A DNA stretch of 64,000 nucleotides, from positions 5,720 to 69,719 of the forward strand of contig CAVQJD010000018.1 in the NCBI GenBank assembly GCA_963712695.1, read 5' to 3'. The position numbers and the translations under genes are program-made. The DNA comes from an uncultured Gammaproteobacteria bacterium (GTDB lineage Bacteria > Pseudomonadota > Gammaproteobacteria > UBA9214). The stretch's first letter is position 1. Each line of letters begins with the position of its first letter. The notes under the pieces were generated by a model that was not told the DNA's origin, made no database searches, and worked only from the letters and a program-made list of their open reading frames with translations. Positions 49,744-60,490 of this stretch are shown piece after piece.

Positions 49744-50688
49744 ATGGAATTCAGGGACTATTACCAGATCATGGGCGTCAAACGCGACGCCACCCAGGAC
49801 GAGATCAAGCGTGCTTACCGCAAGCTGGCCCGTAAATACCACCCGGACGTCAGCAAGGAACCGGACGCGGAGCAGCGCTTCAAGGAAGTTGGCGAGGCCT
49901 ACGAAGTCCTGAAGGACCCCGAGAAACGTACTGCCTACGACCAGCTTGGCGCCAGCTGGAAGGATGGGCAGGAATTCCGGCCGCCACCCAACTGGGACCA
50001 GGGTTTCGAGTTTCATGGCGGGGGCTTCACGGGTGCCGATGCCGCCGGTTTCAGCGACTTCTTCGAGAGCCTGTTCGGGCGCGGGTTTGCACCCGGCGGC
50101 CGGACCCGGGCCGGTTTCCATGCGCGCGGCGAGGATACCCATGCCCGGGTGCTCATCGACCTCGAGGACGCCTACCACGGCGCGACCCGTACCCTGACGC
50201 TGAAGCACAGTGAGCTGGGTGCCGATGGCCGGCCGCAACTCAAGGAGCGCACGCTCAATGTGCGCATTCCGAAAGGCGTCAGCCAGCACCAGCACATCCG
50301 CCTGGCCGGTCAGGGCGGGGCGGGCATCGGCAAGGGCGAAGCAGGCGATCTTTATCTGGAGATTGAATTCCGGCCCCATCCGTTCTATCACGTGGAGAGC
50401 CGGGACGTATTTCTGGACCTGCCGGTGGCACCCTGGGAGGCGGCGCTGGGCGCCACCGTCAAGGCGCCCACACCGGCCGGTGCGGTGGACCTGAAAATAC
50501 CGGCCGGGTCCAGCAGTGGCCGCAAGCTGCGACTCAAGGGGCGCGGTATTCCGGGCCAGCCGCCAGGTGACCTGTATGTCGTGCTGCAGATTACCCTGCC
50601 GCCCGCCGAGTCACAGGCCGCCCGGGCCGCCTGGCTTGAGCTGGAACAGAAACTCAAATTCAACCCGCGCGCACGCCTGGGGGTCTGA
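49744..50688 (+). CDS. cbpA: Curved-DNA-binding protein CbpA (DnaJ-like co-chaperone)
   Basis: The J-domain is [52 protein letters not shown], followed by DnaJ C-terminal domains and no zinc finger. Confidence 0.9.
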   Translation: MEFRDYYQIMGVKRDATQDEIKRAYRKLARKYHPDVSKEPDAEQRFKEVGEAYEVLKDPEKRTAYDQLGASWKDGQEFRPPPNWDQGFEFHGGGFTGADAAGFSDFFESLFGRGFAPGGRTRAGFHARGEDTHARVLIDLEDAYHGATRTLTLKHSELGADGRPQLKERTLNVRIPKGVSQHQHIRLAGQGGAGIGKGEAGDLYLEIEFRPHPFYHVESRDVFLDLPVAPWEAALGATVKAPTPAGAVDLKIPAGSSSGRKLRLKGRGIPGQPPGDLYVVLQITLPPAESQAARAAWLELEQKLKFNPRARLGV

Positions 50689-50694
50689 GCGGTC

Positions 50695-51009
50695 ATGACT
50701 GACGATTTGATTACTTTGTTGAGCGGCGAAGTGCTGGAAGAGGATGTGGAGCTCACCCTGGCCGAGTTGTGCCACCGCTGCCGGCTGCAAACCGAACAGC
50801 TGATCGAGCTGGTTGAGGAGGGTGTGGTCGAACCGCTCGGCCGTGATCCGGCGCAATGGCGCTTCCGCGGCGTCAGCGTGCGCCGGGTGCGCTGTGCGCT
50901 GCGCCTGGAACGCGACCTCGGCGTCAATGTGGCCGGCGCGGCGCTGGCGCTGGACCTGCTCGAAGAGCTCGAGCTCATGCGCACGCGCCTGCGCCGCTTC
51001 GGCGCCTGA
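50695..51009 (+). CDS. cbpM: Chaperone modulatory protein CbpM
   Basis: 104-aa MerR-like-fold protein immediately downstream of cbpA (LTLAELCHRCRLQTEQLIELVEEGVVEP). Confidence 0.8.
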   Translation: MTDDLITLLSGEVLEEDVELTLAELCHRCRLQTEQLIELVEEGVVEPLGRDPAQWRFRGVSVRRVRCALRLERDLGVNVAGAALALDLLEELELMRTRLRRFGA

Positions 51010-51045
51010 GCGCGCGCCGGCCTGCCGAAACTACGCATACAGAAT

Positions 51046-51093
51046 GCAGGGTGCGCTTTGCGCACCATCATCGGTGCGTGAAACGCACCCTAC
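51046..51093. repeat. Solitary REP doublet (REPIN-like), 48 bp
   Basis: GCAGGGTGCGC-TTT-GCGCACC atcatc GGTGCG-TGAAA-CGCACCCTAC has the same length and layout as the doublets at 57818 and 57984. Confidence 0.75.
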
Positions 51094-51216
51094 ACCTATC
51101 TCCATTTATCGCGATACTGCGGCGGCTGATTCCTTGATCTGGGGGCTTGAAACTGTCGCGGGCGTCCCTATATCGAAGAGTGACCAACACTCACTGATTG
51201 AACTGGAGGTGCTGAC

Positions 51217-51660
51217 ATGTTTGGCAGTCTGACCAATTACGGTGACAGCGTGTTCGACGATTTCAGGCGCATGCAGGACGAGCTGAACGAGGCGTTCGGC
51301 CGCTCGTCCTGGCCGGTGGGTATCCGCTCCGTGACGCGCGGGACCTACCCGCCGATCAACGTCGGCGCGACAGCCGAGCGGGTGGATGTGTACCTGTTCG
51401 CCGCCGGGCTGGATCCCAAGACACTCGATATTTCCATGCAGCAAAACCTGCTGACCGTTGCCGGGGAGCGCAAGGCGCCCGCCGAGAAAGACGCCAGCTA
51501 TTACCGCAAGGAGCGCTACGATGGTGCCTTCCGGCGGGTGATTACCCTGCCGGAGGATGTTGATCCGGAACACGTGGAGGCACGCTATCGCGATGGTGTG
51601 CTGCAGATACAGGTGCAGCGGCGTGAGGCGGCGCGGCCCCGGCAGATCGAGGTGAAATAG
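51217..51660 (+). CDS. Hsp20/alpha-crystallin small heat-shock protein
   Basis: A GGAGG RBS is present, with YPPINVGATAERVDVYLFAAGLDP...GVLQIQVQRRE. Confidence 0.88.
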   Translation: MFGSLTNYGDSVFDDFRRMQDELNEAFGRSSWPVGIRSVTRGTYPPINVGATAERVDVYLFAAGLDPKTLDISMQQNLLTVAGERKAPAEKDASYYRKERYDGAFRRVITLPEDVDPEHVEARYRDGVLQIQVQRREAARPRQIEVK

Positions 51661-51711
51661 GCACTGTGCCGGCAATACGGCGAACTGAATAACCTGTTAT
51701 GGAGGTGTTAA

Positions 51712-52116
51712 ATGGCAGAAACCAGGACCGAGGCTAAAGATGTGACCAGCCGCGCAACCGGCGCCATACCGCAGCGCGAATCAGAGCTGGTGCTGCGCCC
51801 CGCAATCGATATTTATGAAGATGCCGAGGGGATCACCCTGTTGGCGGACATGCCCGGTGTCAGCCGGGAACGGCTGAATCTCGAGGTGGACAGCGAGGCG
51901 CTGACCATCGAGGGTGATGCCGTGATCGAAGCACCCGAGGGCATGGAGGCGCTGTACGCGGATGTGCGCTCGACCCGTTACCGGCGCAGCTTCGCCCTGA
52001 GCGGCGAACTCGATGCGGATGCGATCAAGGCGAGTCTGCGCGATGGCGTGCTGAATGTGCATATCCCGAAACGTGCCGAGGTACGCCCACGCAAGATCGA
52101 GGTGCACGTGGATTAA
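51712..52116 (+). CDS. Hsp20/alpha-crystallin small heat-shock protein
   Basis: A GGAGG RBS is present, with PAIDIYEDAEGITLLADMPGVSRERLNLEVD...GVLNVHIPKR. Confidence 0.88.
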   Translation: MAETRTEAKDVTSRATGAIPQRESELVLRPAIDIYEDAEGITLLADMPGVSRERLNLEVDSEALTIEGDAVIEAPEGMEALYADVRSTRYRRSFALSGELDADAIKASLRDGVLNVHIPKRAEVRPRKIEVHVD

Positions 52117-52258
52117 CTGCGCAGGGGTCAGGCTCGGTTGAGTGCCGGCGACTGCGCGTTCGCATGAACGGGCAACCCGTGAAGCGAGCCTGGCCCATGC
52201 AGTTGTGCGCGTGGATGACAGCTACATGTACGGTAGTGAATGACGCTGTCTGATCAGT

Positions 52259-52552
52259 TCAAACGCAGCCGGTCGGCTTGGGCAGTCCGCCGTACTTGGT
52301 GATTGGCTTCATCGGGCCGCTCATCCACATTTTGAACATCTCTTTCTGGTCTGCGCCAAGGTACTTGGAGAATTTACGGATCGGGGGGACGACGGCATGT
52401 TCCTCGTAGTACTCGCGTGCCTTGAGTATCTGCTGCCACTTGACGTCATCCAGCTGCACGCCGTCGGCTTCCGCCATGGCGCGTGCAATCTCCGGTGTCC
52501 AGAGACTGCTGTCGACCAGGTAACCGTCACCGTCGCGTTCTGGTAAATCCAT
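52259..52552 (-). CDS. TusE/DsrC-family sulfur-relay protein (single C-terminal Cys)
   Basis: 97-aa ORF with an AAGGAG RBS and the C-terminus KYGGLPKPTGCV. No second Cys lies about 10-11 residues upstream, so it is TusE-like rather than canonical DsrC. Confidence 0.8.
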   Translation of the reverse strand: MDLPERDGDGYLVDSSLWTPEIARAMAEADGVQLDDVKWQQILKAREYYEEHAVVPPIRKFSKYLGADQKEMFKMWMSGPMKPITKYGGLPKPTGCV

Positions 52553-52909
52553 TGTGTACTCCTTGGTAAATTTTAAAAAGGTGGGAATATTGACTGATGC
52601 CGACAGCGTTTGTTCAAAAAAACGCTTTGGAACATAAGGAAAACAAGATGCCGGGCAGAGCCGCGGCTGCTGAAGCCTGCGCCAGTCAGGCAGTCAAAGT
52701 CAACTCGTCGCGATCTGACAGGTACGCCAGCCCGCAGATCCAAACTGGGTCCCGCCCTGCCGGAATTCAACTATTTTTTCCACAGGGTTATACACAGGAC
52801 CGCGCGTCCGGGGCGAAACACAGACGGCCGGACATCTCTCCATGGTGCTGTTGAAATTAATTCCAAAGGGTGCATACTCTGCAATACCTGAGTAAATCAG
52901 TCAGGAATT

Positions 52910-54376
<1,467 letters not shown>

Positions 54377-54400
54377 CCACGTAAACGGAGACAATGACAC

Positions 54401-55153
54401 ATGCTTGCTATCAGTAATCTGCACGTTGCCATCGAGGACAAGCCGGTGCTGCGCGGCCTGAACCTGAACATCGCGGCCGGCGAAGTGCATGCCATTATGG
54501 GGCCGAACGGGTCCGGCAAAAGTACCCTGGCTCATGTCCTGGCCGGGCGCGAGGGCTATGAACTCAGTGCGGGTGAGGTGTTGTTCGAGGGCGCAGACCT
54601 GCTGGCGCTGGCACCCGAGGAACGCGCGCACCGGGGCATTTTCCTCGGCATGCAGTATCCGGTCGAGTTGCCGGGTGTGAACAACATGACATTCATGCGC
54701 GAGGCTGTGAATGCGGGGCGGCGTGCGCGCGGTGAGCCGGAGCTGGATGCGGTGGACTTCCTGCGCGAGGTACGCAAGCAGGCCGGGCTGCTGGAACTCG
54801 ACGAGGCGCTGCTTAAGCGCAACGTCAATGCGGGATTTTCCGGTGGCGAGAAAAAGCGCAACGAGATCCTGCAAATGGCCATGCTGCAACCAAAGCTTGC
54901 CATCCTGGACGAAACCGACTCCGGCCTGGACATCGATGCCCTGCGGGTCATCGCCGGGGGGGTCAATGCCCTGCGCAGTCCGCAGCGATCAATCCTGCTG
55001 ATCACGCATTACCAGCGCCTGCTCGACTATATCCAGCCCGATTATGTGCATGTGCTGGCGGAGGGTCGGATTGTCCGTTCCGGCGACAGGCAGCTGGCAC
55101 TGGAGCTGGAAGCCAAGGGCTATGGCTGGATTACCGGGGAGGTCGCGGCATGA
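54401..55153 (+). CDS. sufC: Fe-S cluster assembly ATPase SufC
   Basis: GPNGSGKSTL, GFSGGEKKRNEILQ and LAILDETDSGLDIDAL are present. Confidence 0.93.
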   Translation: MLAISNLHVAIEDKPVLRGLNLNIAAGEVHAIMGPNGSGKSTLAHVLAGREGYELSAGEVLFEGADLLALAPEERAHRGIFLGMQYPVELPGVNNMTFMREAVNAGRRARGEPELDAVDFLREVRKQAGLLELDEALLKRNVNAGFSGGEKKRNEILQMAMLQPKLAILDETDSGLDIDALRVIAGGVNALRSPQRSILLITHYQRLLDYIQPDYVHVLAEGRIVRSGDRQLALELEAKGYGWITGEVAA

Positions 55154-56484
55154 TCACCCGGGATCAGCAGCGCGACTGGGCACAGCAGCTGGTAGCGTCA
55201 GCAGCGGCCGGAGTGGCCGTTGCGCAGCCGGACTGGATGGGCGCGGCCCGCGACGCGGCCGTGCGGGCACTGGATACACTGCCACTGCTCGATCGCAAGC
55301 AGGAAGCCTGGCGCTACACCCGCATCGATTCCCTGCTGGAGGAGCAGTTTTTGCCGGCGGCCGATGCCCCCGAGGTGTCAACGGCGATGCTGGATGACTG
55401 TTTATTGCCGGCATTTGATGCGTCGCGGCTGGTGTTCGCCAACGGGCGCTTTATGCCCTGGCTGTCCAATTTGTATGATTTGCCGGCGGGTGCGCAACTG
55501 TGCAGCCTGCGCCAGGCACTGACGACAAATCCCCAACAGCTGGCGACCTGGTTTGGCCAGTCCGCACAGCATGGCGGGCATGTATTCACGGCACTGAATA
55601 CCGCGCTGGCGAATGACGGGGTCTATCTGCACATTGAAAACGGTGTACAGCTGGAGCGGCCCATCGAGGTGATTTACTTCAACCAGTGTCCGGACGCGCC
55701 GCTGCTGCTGCAGCCGCGCAGCCTGGTTGTGCTCGGGTCCGATGCAAAAGCGACGCTGGTCGAGCGCTTCATCAGTCCGGACCAGTCCGTGTATTTGCAC
55801 AACACACTCACCGAGATCGCGCTGGGTGCGGGCGCTGCCCTGAGCCACTACCGGATGCAGGATGAGAGCCGCCGTGCCTTTCACCTCGGCAGCGTGTACC
55901 TGCAACAGCAACAGCACAGCCGTTACCATGGCACTACCCTGGCGTTTGGCGGGCGCTGGGCCAGGACGGAATACAACACGACCTTCAGACAGGAGGGTGC
56001 GGAGTGTGCGCTGAACGGGCTGTACACCGTGGGCGATCAGCAGCTGAATGACTTTCACCTGGATGTGCGACACACGGTGCCCGGCTGTACCAGCCGCGAA
56101 CAGTTCAGAGGTGTGCTGTATGGCAAGGGACGCGCGGTGTTCGATGGTCGTATCCTGGTCGAGAAACAGGCGCAGCACAGCGATGCAGTCCTCACCAATG
56201 ACAATCTCGTGCTGTCCCGGGACGCCGAGGTCGACACCAAGCCGCAGCTGGAGATCCATGCCGATGATGTCAAATGCAGTCACGGTACCACCGTTGGCCA
56301 GCTCGATCCGCAACAGGTGTACTACCTGCGTTCGCGCGGTATCGATGCGGTGACTGCACGCAAGATGCTGTGCCTCGGGTTTGCCGGTGAGGTCCTCGAT
56401 ACGATCGATGTGCCGGTCCTGCGTGATCTGGCAGCCAACCGACTGGTGGAAATTCTCGGCAGCGCCGTGACGGCGGCGGAGTAG
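55150..56484 (+). CDS. sufD: Fe-S cluster assembly protein SufD
   Basis: 444-aa ORF with an ATGA overlap to sufC and C-terminal LEIHADDVKCSHGTTVGQLDPQQVYYLRSRGI. Confidence 0.9.
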   Translation: MITRDQQRDWAQQLVASAAAGVAVAQPDWMGAARDAAVRALDTLPLLDRKQEAWRYTRIDSLLEEQFLPAADAPEVSTAMLDDCLLPAFDASRLVFANGRFMPWLSNLYDLPAGAQLCSLRQALTTNPQQLATWFGQSAQHGGHVFTALNTALANDGVYLHIENGVQLERPIEVIYFNQCPDAPLLLQPRSLVVLGSDAKATLVERFISPDQSVYLHNTLTEIALGAGAALSHYRMQDESRRAFHLGSVYLQQQQHSRYHGTTLAFGGRWARTEYNTTFRQEGAECALNGLYTVGDQQLNDFHLDVRHTVPGCTSREQFRGVLYGKGRAVFDGRILVEKQAQHSDAVLTNDNLVLSRDAEVDTKPQLEIHADDVKCSHGTTVGQLDPQQVYYLRSRGIDAVTARKMLCLGFAGEVLDTIDVPVLRDLAANRLVEILGSAVTAAE

Positions 56485-56490
56485 CGGGCG

Positions 56491-56859
56491 ATGAACGAAA
56501 AGACTGCCGAACGGATAGAACAGCCCGCACTCGAGGCGGATACCCTGTCAGCGGATGCCGCGCTGGAGGCGCGCATTATCGCGGCCATGCGCAGCGTCTA
56601 CGACCCGGAAATCCCGGTGAACATCTACGATCTCGGCCTGATCTACGGGCTGGACATCAGCGCAGACGCCGAGGTGTCCGTGCGCATGACACTCACGGCG
56701 CCGGGCTGCCCGGTGGCCGGCATCCTGCCGGACCAGGTAGCTGCCGCCATCCGCGCGGTTGACGGCGTGAACGCCGTGCAGGTCGGCCTGGTCTGGGATC
56801 CGCCCTGGAGCCAGGACTGCATGAGTGACGAGGCCAGACTGACACTCGGCCTGTTCTGA
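56491..56859 (+). CDS. sufT: SUF-associated DUF59 (SufT/PaaD-like) Fe-S assembly protein
   Basis: VYDPEIPVNIYDLGLIYGLDI...VRMTLTAPGCPVAG is present. Confidence 0.8.
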   Translation: MNEKTAERIEQPALEADTLSADAALEARIIAAMRSVYDPEIPVNIYDLGLIYGLDISADAEVSVRMTLTAPGCPVAGILPDQVAAAIRAVDGVNAVQVGLVWDPPWSQDCMSDEARLTLGLF

Positions 56860-56872
56860 ACATGAGGAGTCA

Positions 56873-57205
56873 ATGACGATGGCTGTAGTACTGACGGAAA
56901 GCGCCGCCATGCACATCGAAACCATGCTGCACAGGCGTGGTCATGGCCTGGGTCTGCGCCTGGGCACAAAAAAATCGGGGTGCAGCGGCTTTTCCTATGT
57001 GATCGACTATGCCGATACGGCCGGCGACGACGATGTCGTATTCGAAAGCCACGGGGTCAAAGTCGTGGTAAACAAACAGAGCCTGCCGCAGCTGGACGGG
57101 CTCGAGATTGATTATCTCACTGATAATGCGCTTAACCAGGGCTTTGAATTCCGCAATCCAAACGTCAAGGATGCGTGCGGTTGTGGCGAATCTTTCAGTG
57201 TGTGA
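56873..57205 (+). CDS. sufA: A-type Fe-S carrier (IscA/SufA/HesB family)
   Basis: GLRLGTKKSGCSGFSY...FEFRNPNVKDACGCGESF is present. Confidence 0.88.
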   Translation: MTMAVVLTESAAMHIETMLHRRGHGLGLRLGTKKSGCSGFSYVIDYADTAGDDDVVFESHGVKVVVNKQSLPQLDGLEIDYLTDNALNQGFEFRNPNVKDACGCGESFSV

Positions 57206-57223
57206 TCAGGTGCGGCAATCATC

Positions 57224-57682
57224 ATGACCCGTCTGGATGACATCGTCGATATCTTCGAGCTGCTCGGCGACTGGGAGCAGCGCTACCAGTACCTGACCGA
57301 GCTGGGTGAGAAACTGCCCGCCATGCCGGAGGCGCTCAGGACGGAGGAGAACAAGGTCAGGGGCTGCATGAGTCAGGTCTGGGTGTGTGCCTGTCGTGAC
57401 GAGCACAATCCGGAAATCATCCATTTCTACGGGGACTGCGATACCAGCATCATCAAGGGCGTGCTGGCCGTGCTGATCCAGCTGACTTCCGGCAAGACGG
57501 TCGCAGAAGTGGAGCAGCTGGATGTCGACGTGCTGTTCAGTCGTCTGGGCCTCGATGAGCATCTCTCACCCAATCGCCATGTCGGTGTGTATGCCATCGT
57601 GGAACTGATGAAGCAGCAGGCCCGCAACCTGCAGTCTTCCCGCGTCAGTCACCTGACCGGGCAGTCCAGCGTCGGCTGCTGA
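57224..57682 (+). CDS. sufE: Cysteine desulfuration (sulfur acceptor) protein SufE
   Basis: WEQRYQYLTELGEKLP...KVRGCMSQVWV...FYGDCDTSIIKG is present. Confidence 0.88.
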   Translation: MTRLDDIVDIFELLGDWEQRYQYLTELGEKLPAMPEALRTEENKVRGCMSQVWVCACRDEHNPEIIHFYGDCDTSIIKGVLAVLIQLTSGKTVAEVEQLDVDVLFSRLGLDEHLSPNRHVGVYAIVELMKQQARNLQSSRVSHLTGQSSVGC

Positions 57683-57702
57683 CTGCACGGGGCAAGCCAT
57701 CG

Positions 57703-58315
57703 CGTGAAACGTGAGACGTGAGACGTGAGACGTGAAGCGTGAAGCGTGAGACGTGAAGCGTGGGCCTTGAAAAGAAGAGTAGCCGCGGAATCCACGGAAG
57801 AACACGGAAAAATTAATGTAGGGTGCGTTTTACGCACCGGCAGCGGTGCGCAGAGCGCACCCTACAACTGCGGGATGTTCCATTGCGTGAAACGTGAAAC
57901 GTGAGACGTGAAACGTGAAGGGTGAATTTAAACTCCGAATGATAATGGCCACGGAATCCACGGAAGAACACGGAAAAATTAATGTAGGGTGCGTTTTACG
58001 CACCGGCAGCGGTGCGCAGAGCGCACCCTACAACTGCGGGATGTTCCATTGCGTGAAACGTGAAGGGTGAATTTAAACTCCGAATGATAATGGCCACGGA
58101 ATCCACGGAAGAACACGGAAAGGATTTGAAAATTGTATACGAGTGAATCGTTCACTCCGGCAGAATGTCATGCATGGCAACTATGCCTGTAATGGTATCT
58201 AGTTAATGTTGTTTTTATTTTTCCGTGTTCTTCCGTGGATTCCGTGGCCATTAAATACAGCCCATTATTCACGTCTCACGTCTCACGTCTCACGTCTCAC
58301 GTCTCACGTTTCACG
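57703..58315. repeat. Composite repeat locus B: three forward units (heptamers, 36-bp module, REP doublet), a core of about 95 bp, then an inverted 36-bp module and inverted heptamers
   Basis: Forward heptamers lie at 57703-57765, 57886-57927 and 58052-58072. The 36-bp module lies at about 57778, 57944 and 58089. REP doublets lie at 57818-57865 and 57984-58031. The inverted module is at 58217-58252 and (CACGTCT)n at 58270-58315. Confidence 0.92.
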
Positions 58316-58386
58316 CAATGGTGTACAGAGCGTACCCGGCGTCTGCTGTCTCTGTCCCCTGATCTAAGCGGTGCTGCGAAATACGC

Positions 58387-59208
58387 CTATGCCTCGTCCT
58401 CGCGGTTGAGTTCCTTGATGATGTAGCCGCCGGATTTTTCGTCCAGCTGCAGTGACAGGAGCTTGCGTGCCTGTGCCTCTTCCAGCAGTTGCCCGAAGTT
58501 GCGAAATCCGTGGTAGGTCTCGTCGAAGCCGGGTTTGCGGCGTTTCAGGGTCTGCTTGACCATCGAGCCCCAGACCTTTTCCTGTTCGCCGCGTTCCTTG
58601 AGCAGGGCCTCGACCGTTTCCAGCACCAGATCCAGCGCCTCCTGCTGCTTGTCATCGTCGGTCTTCGTAGTGCTTTTCTTGTCCGCCTTCTTCACGCCGG
58701 CCTTGCGGCGCGCACGCCGTGGCTTGACAGATTCGCGTACCAGGTCGTCGTAGAAGATGAACTCGTCGCAGTTGGCAATCAGCAGGTCGGAGGTCGAACT
58801 CTTCACGCCGACCCCGATGACCACCTTGTCGTTTTCGCGCAGCTTGCTGACCAGTGGCGAGAAGTCCGAGTCGCCGCTGATAATCACAAACGTGTCGACA
58901 TGCGACTTGGTATAGCAGAGGTCCAGCGCGTCGACGACCATGCGGATGTCAGCGGAGTTCTTGCCTGACATGCGCACGTGGGGAATCTCGATCAGCTCGA
59001 AGGCCGCCTCGTGCATGGCCTTCTTGAAATCCTTGTAGCGATCCCAGTCGCAGTAGGCCTTCTTGACCACGATGCTGCCCTTGAGCAGCAGACGTTCCTG
59101 TACCTTCTGGATATCGAAGGCGGCGTACTTGGCATCGCGCACGCCCAGTGCGACATTTTCGAAGTCGCAGAACAGCGCCATATTACGGGTTTCGTTTTTT
59201 TCGTTCAT
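58387..59208 (-). CDS. NYN (LabA-like) nuclease domain protein with C-terminal OST-HTH/LOTUS domain
   Basis: ALFCDFENVALGV...GKNSADIRMVVDALDL...VIISGDSDFSPLVSKLRE (NYN) is followed by the C-terminal VWGSMVKQTLKRRKPGFDETYHGFRNFGQLLEEA (LOTUS). The start was trimmed to ATG 59208 (MNEKNETRN) behind AGGA. Confidence 0.8.
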   Translation of the reverse strand: MNEKNETRNMALFCDFENVALGVRDAKYAAFDIQKVQERLLLKGSIVVKKAYCDWDRYKDFKKAMHEAAFELIEIPHVRMSGKNSADIRMVVDALDLCYTKSHVDTFVIISGDSDFSPLVSKLRENDKVVIGVGVKSSTSDLLIANCDEFIFYDDLVRESVKPRRARRKAGVKKADKKSTTKTDDDKQQEALDLVLETVEALLKERGEQEKVWGSMVKQTLKRRKPGFDETYHGFRNFGQLLEEAQARKLLSLQLDEKSGGYIIKELNREDEA

Positions 59209-59371
59209 AACATCCTGTGTTGTCTGCTGCGTGGCCCCGGTCTCACCTTCATCCTGCGCGCAGGCCTGGTGAAATTCAGGCACAAGATAAGCGCCTGGCC
59301 GGAGACTTGCAATGATTACCTGCGGGTTACAGCTGTTCGCCGACGATAACCGCAGTTTCATGTCAGTCATT

Positions 59372-59876
59372 CAGGGTGCGTTTTACGCACCAGCGGCTGA
59401 TTTTATGAGACGTGAAAAGATAAAGAATGATGGCCACGGAATCCACGGAAGAACACGGAAAAATTTCCATCAGAAATCGTTTGGCTTGAAGGGTACACAA
59501 TGCATGCCTGCTTTGATTGGTTTTCAATTGACCGGGCGTTTGTTATACCCGAGACATTCCGTGTATTTCCGTGGCCATTTTCATTCGCACATGAGATGTG
59601 CTCAAAAGAATGTTTTCACGACTCAATTCCGTCACATTGCGCATTTATTTTTCCGTGTTCTTCCGTGGATTCCGTGGCCATTATCTTTCGCGCATGAGTT
59701 GCGCTCTTAAAGCAATGATGTCACGCCTCAGCTTTATAACATTGCGGTTTTATTTTTCCGTGTTCTTCCGTGGATTCCGTGGCCATTAAATACAGCGCCC
59801 ATTCACGTCTCACCTTTCACGTCTCACGCAGTAACGCACATGGTGAACCCAGCATTGCTCCTCTTCCGTGCCCATT
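59372..59876. repeat. Composite repeat locus C: forward REP, short heptamer and 39-bp module, a core of about 90 bp, then three inverted modules, inverted heptamers and a degenerate end module
   Basis: The REP is CAGGGTGCGTTTTACGCACC (59372-59391). The forward module is at 59426-59464. Inverted modules are at about 59555-59580, 59647-59682 and 59752-59787. Inverted heptamers span 59804-59828. Confidence 0.9.
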
Positions 59877-59996
59877 GGCAATTGAATTTCGATCGCGGAG
59901 CGTGACGACGCCCGGCAATCTGCCCGGGAGTGTCAGGGCCGGGAAACGGCGTGCTAACATCGGTGCTCGCTTCCGGCTCACGGACATCAGACGCAT

Positions 59997-60488
59997 ATGG
60001 CGCTTTCCCGCCGCAGATTTCTGCAGATCACCGCGGCCGGCCTGGCGGCCGGGCCGCTGGGCTGCGCCGGGCCGCAGTTGCAGGAATCCGGTGCGTTGGC
60101 CGGCGTGCTGGATGCCTACATCGATACCCTGCTGCCGGCCGACAGTGCCCCCGGGGCCGTGGAGCTGGGGGTGCCGGCGCAGGTGCGTGCCCTGGTGCGT
60201 TACAAACGCGCGCTGGTGCCCGTCTACAACAGCGGGCTCGCCTGGCTCGCGGCACAGGCGCAACTGCAGCAGGGCAAGCCGTTCGCGGCACTGGCGCTGG
60301 ACGGGCGCGATGCCCTGGTTTTGCTGCTCAGCGAACAGACCGATGAGTCACTGGCGCGTTTTTTTCACAAGAGCCTGCATCACGCCATGATGTTCTATTA
60401 CAGCCAGCCGGCCACCTGGCCAGCGCTCGGGCTGACCGGCACGCCGCAGCCGGCTGGCTTCATGGACTACGCGCAGGCCCCCGGCTGA
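59997..60488 (+). CDS. Tat-exported small subunit (gluconate 2-dehydrogenase subunit-3-like) of a GMC-type dehydrogenase
   Basis: MALSRRRFLQITAAGLAAG carries a twin-arginine motif. 163 aa, and the stop lies 3 nt before the GMC ATG. Confidence 0.65.
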   Translation: MALSRRRFLQITAAGLAAGPLGCAGPQLQESGALAGVLDAYIDTLLPADSAPGAVELGVPAQVRALVRYKRALVPVYNSGLAWLAAQAQLQQGKPFAALALDGRDALVLLLSEQTDESLARFFHKSLHHAMMFYYSQPATWPALGLTGTPQPAGFMDYAQAPG

Positions 60489-60490
60489 CC

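Noticed and set aside
57778-59787. A possible CRISPR array, because a 36-bp unit recurs many times.
   Set aside because: The intervals are 105-166 bp and are themselves repeated rather than unique spacers. The units occur in both orientations, and no cas genes or leader are present.
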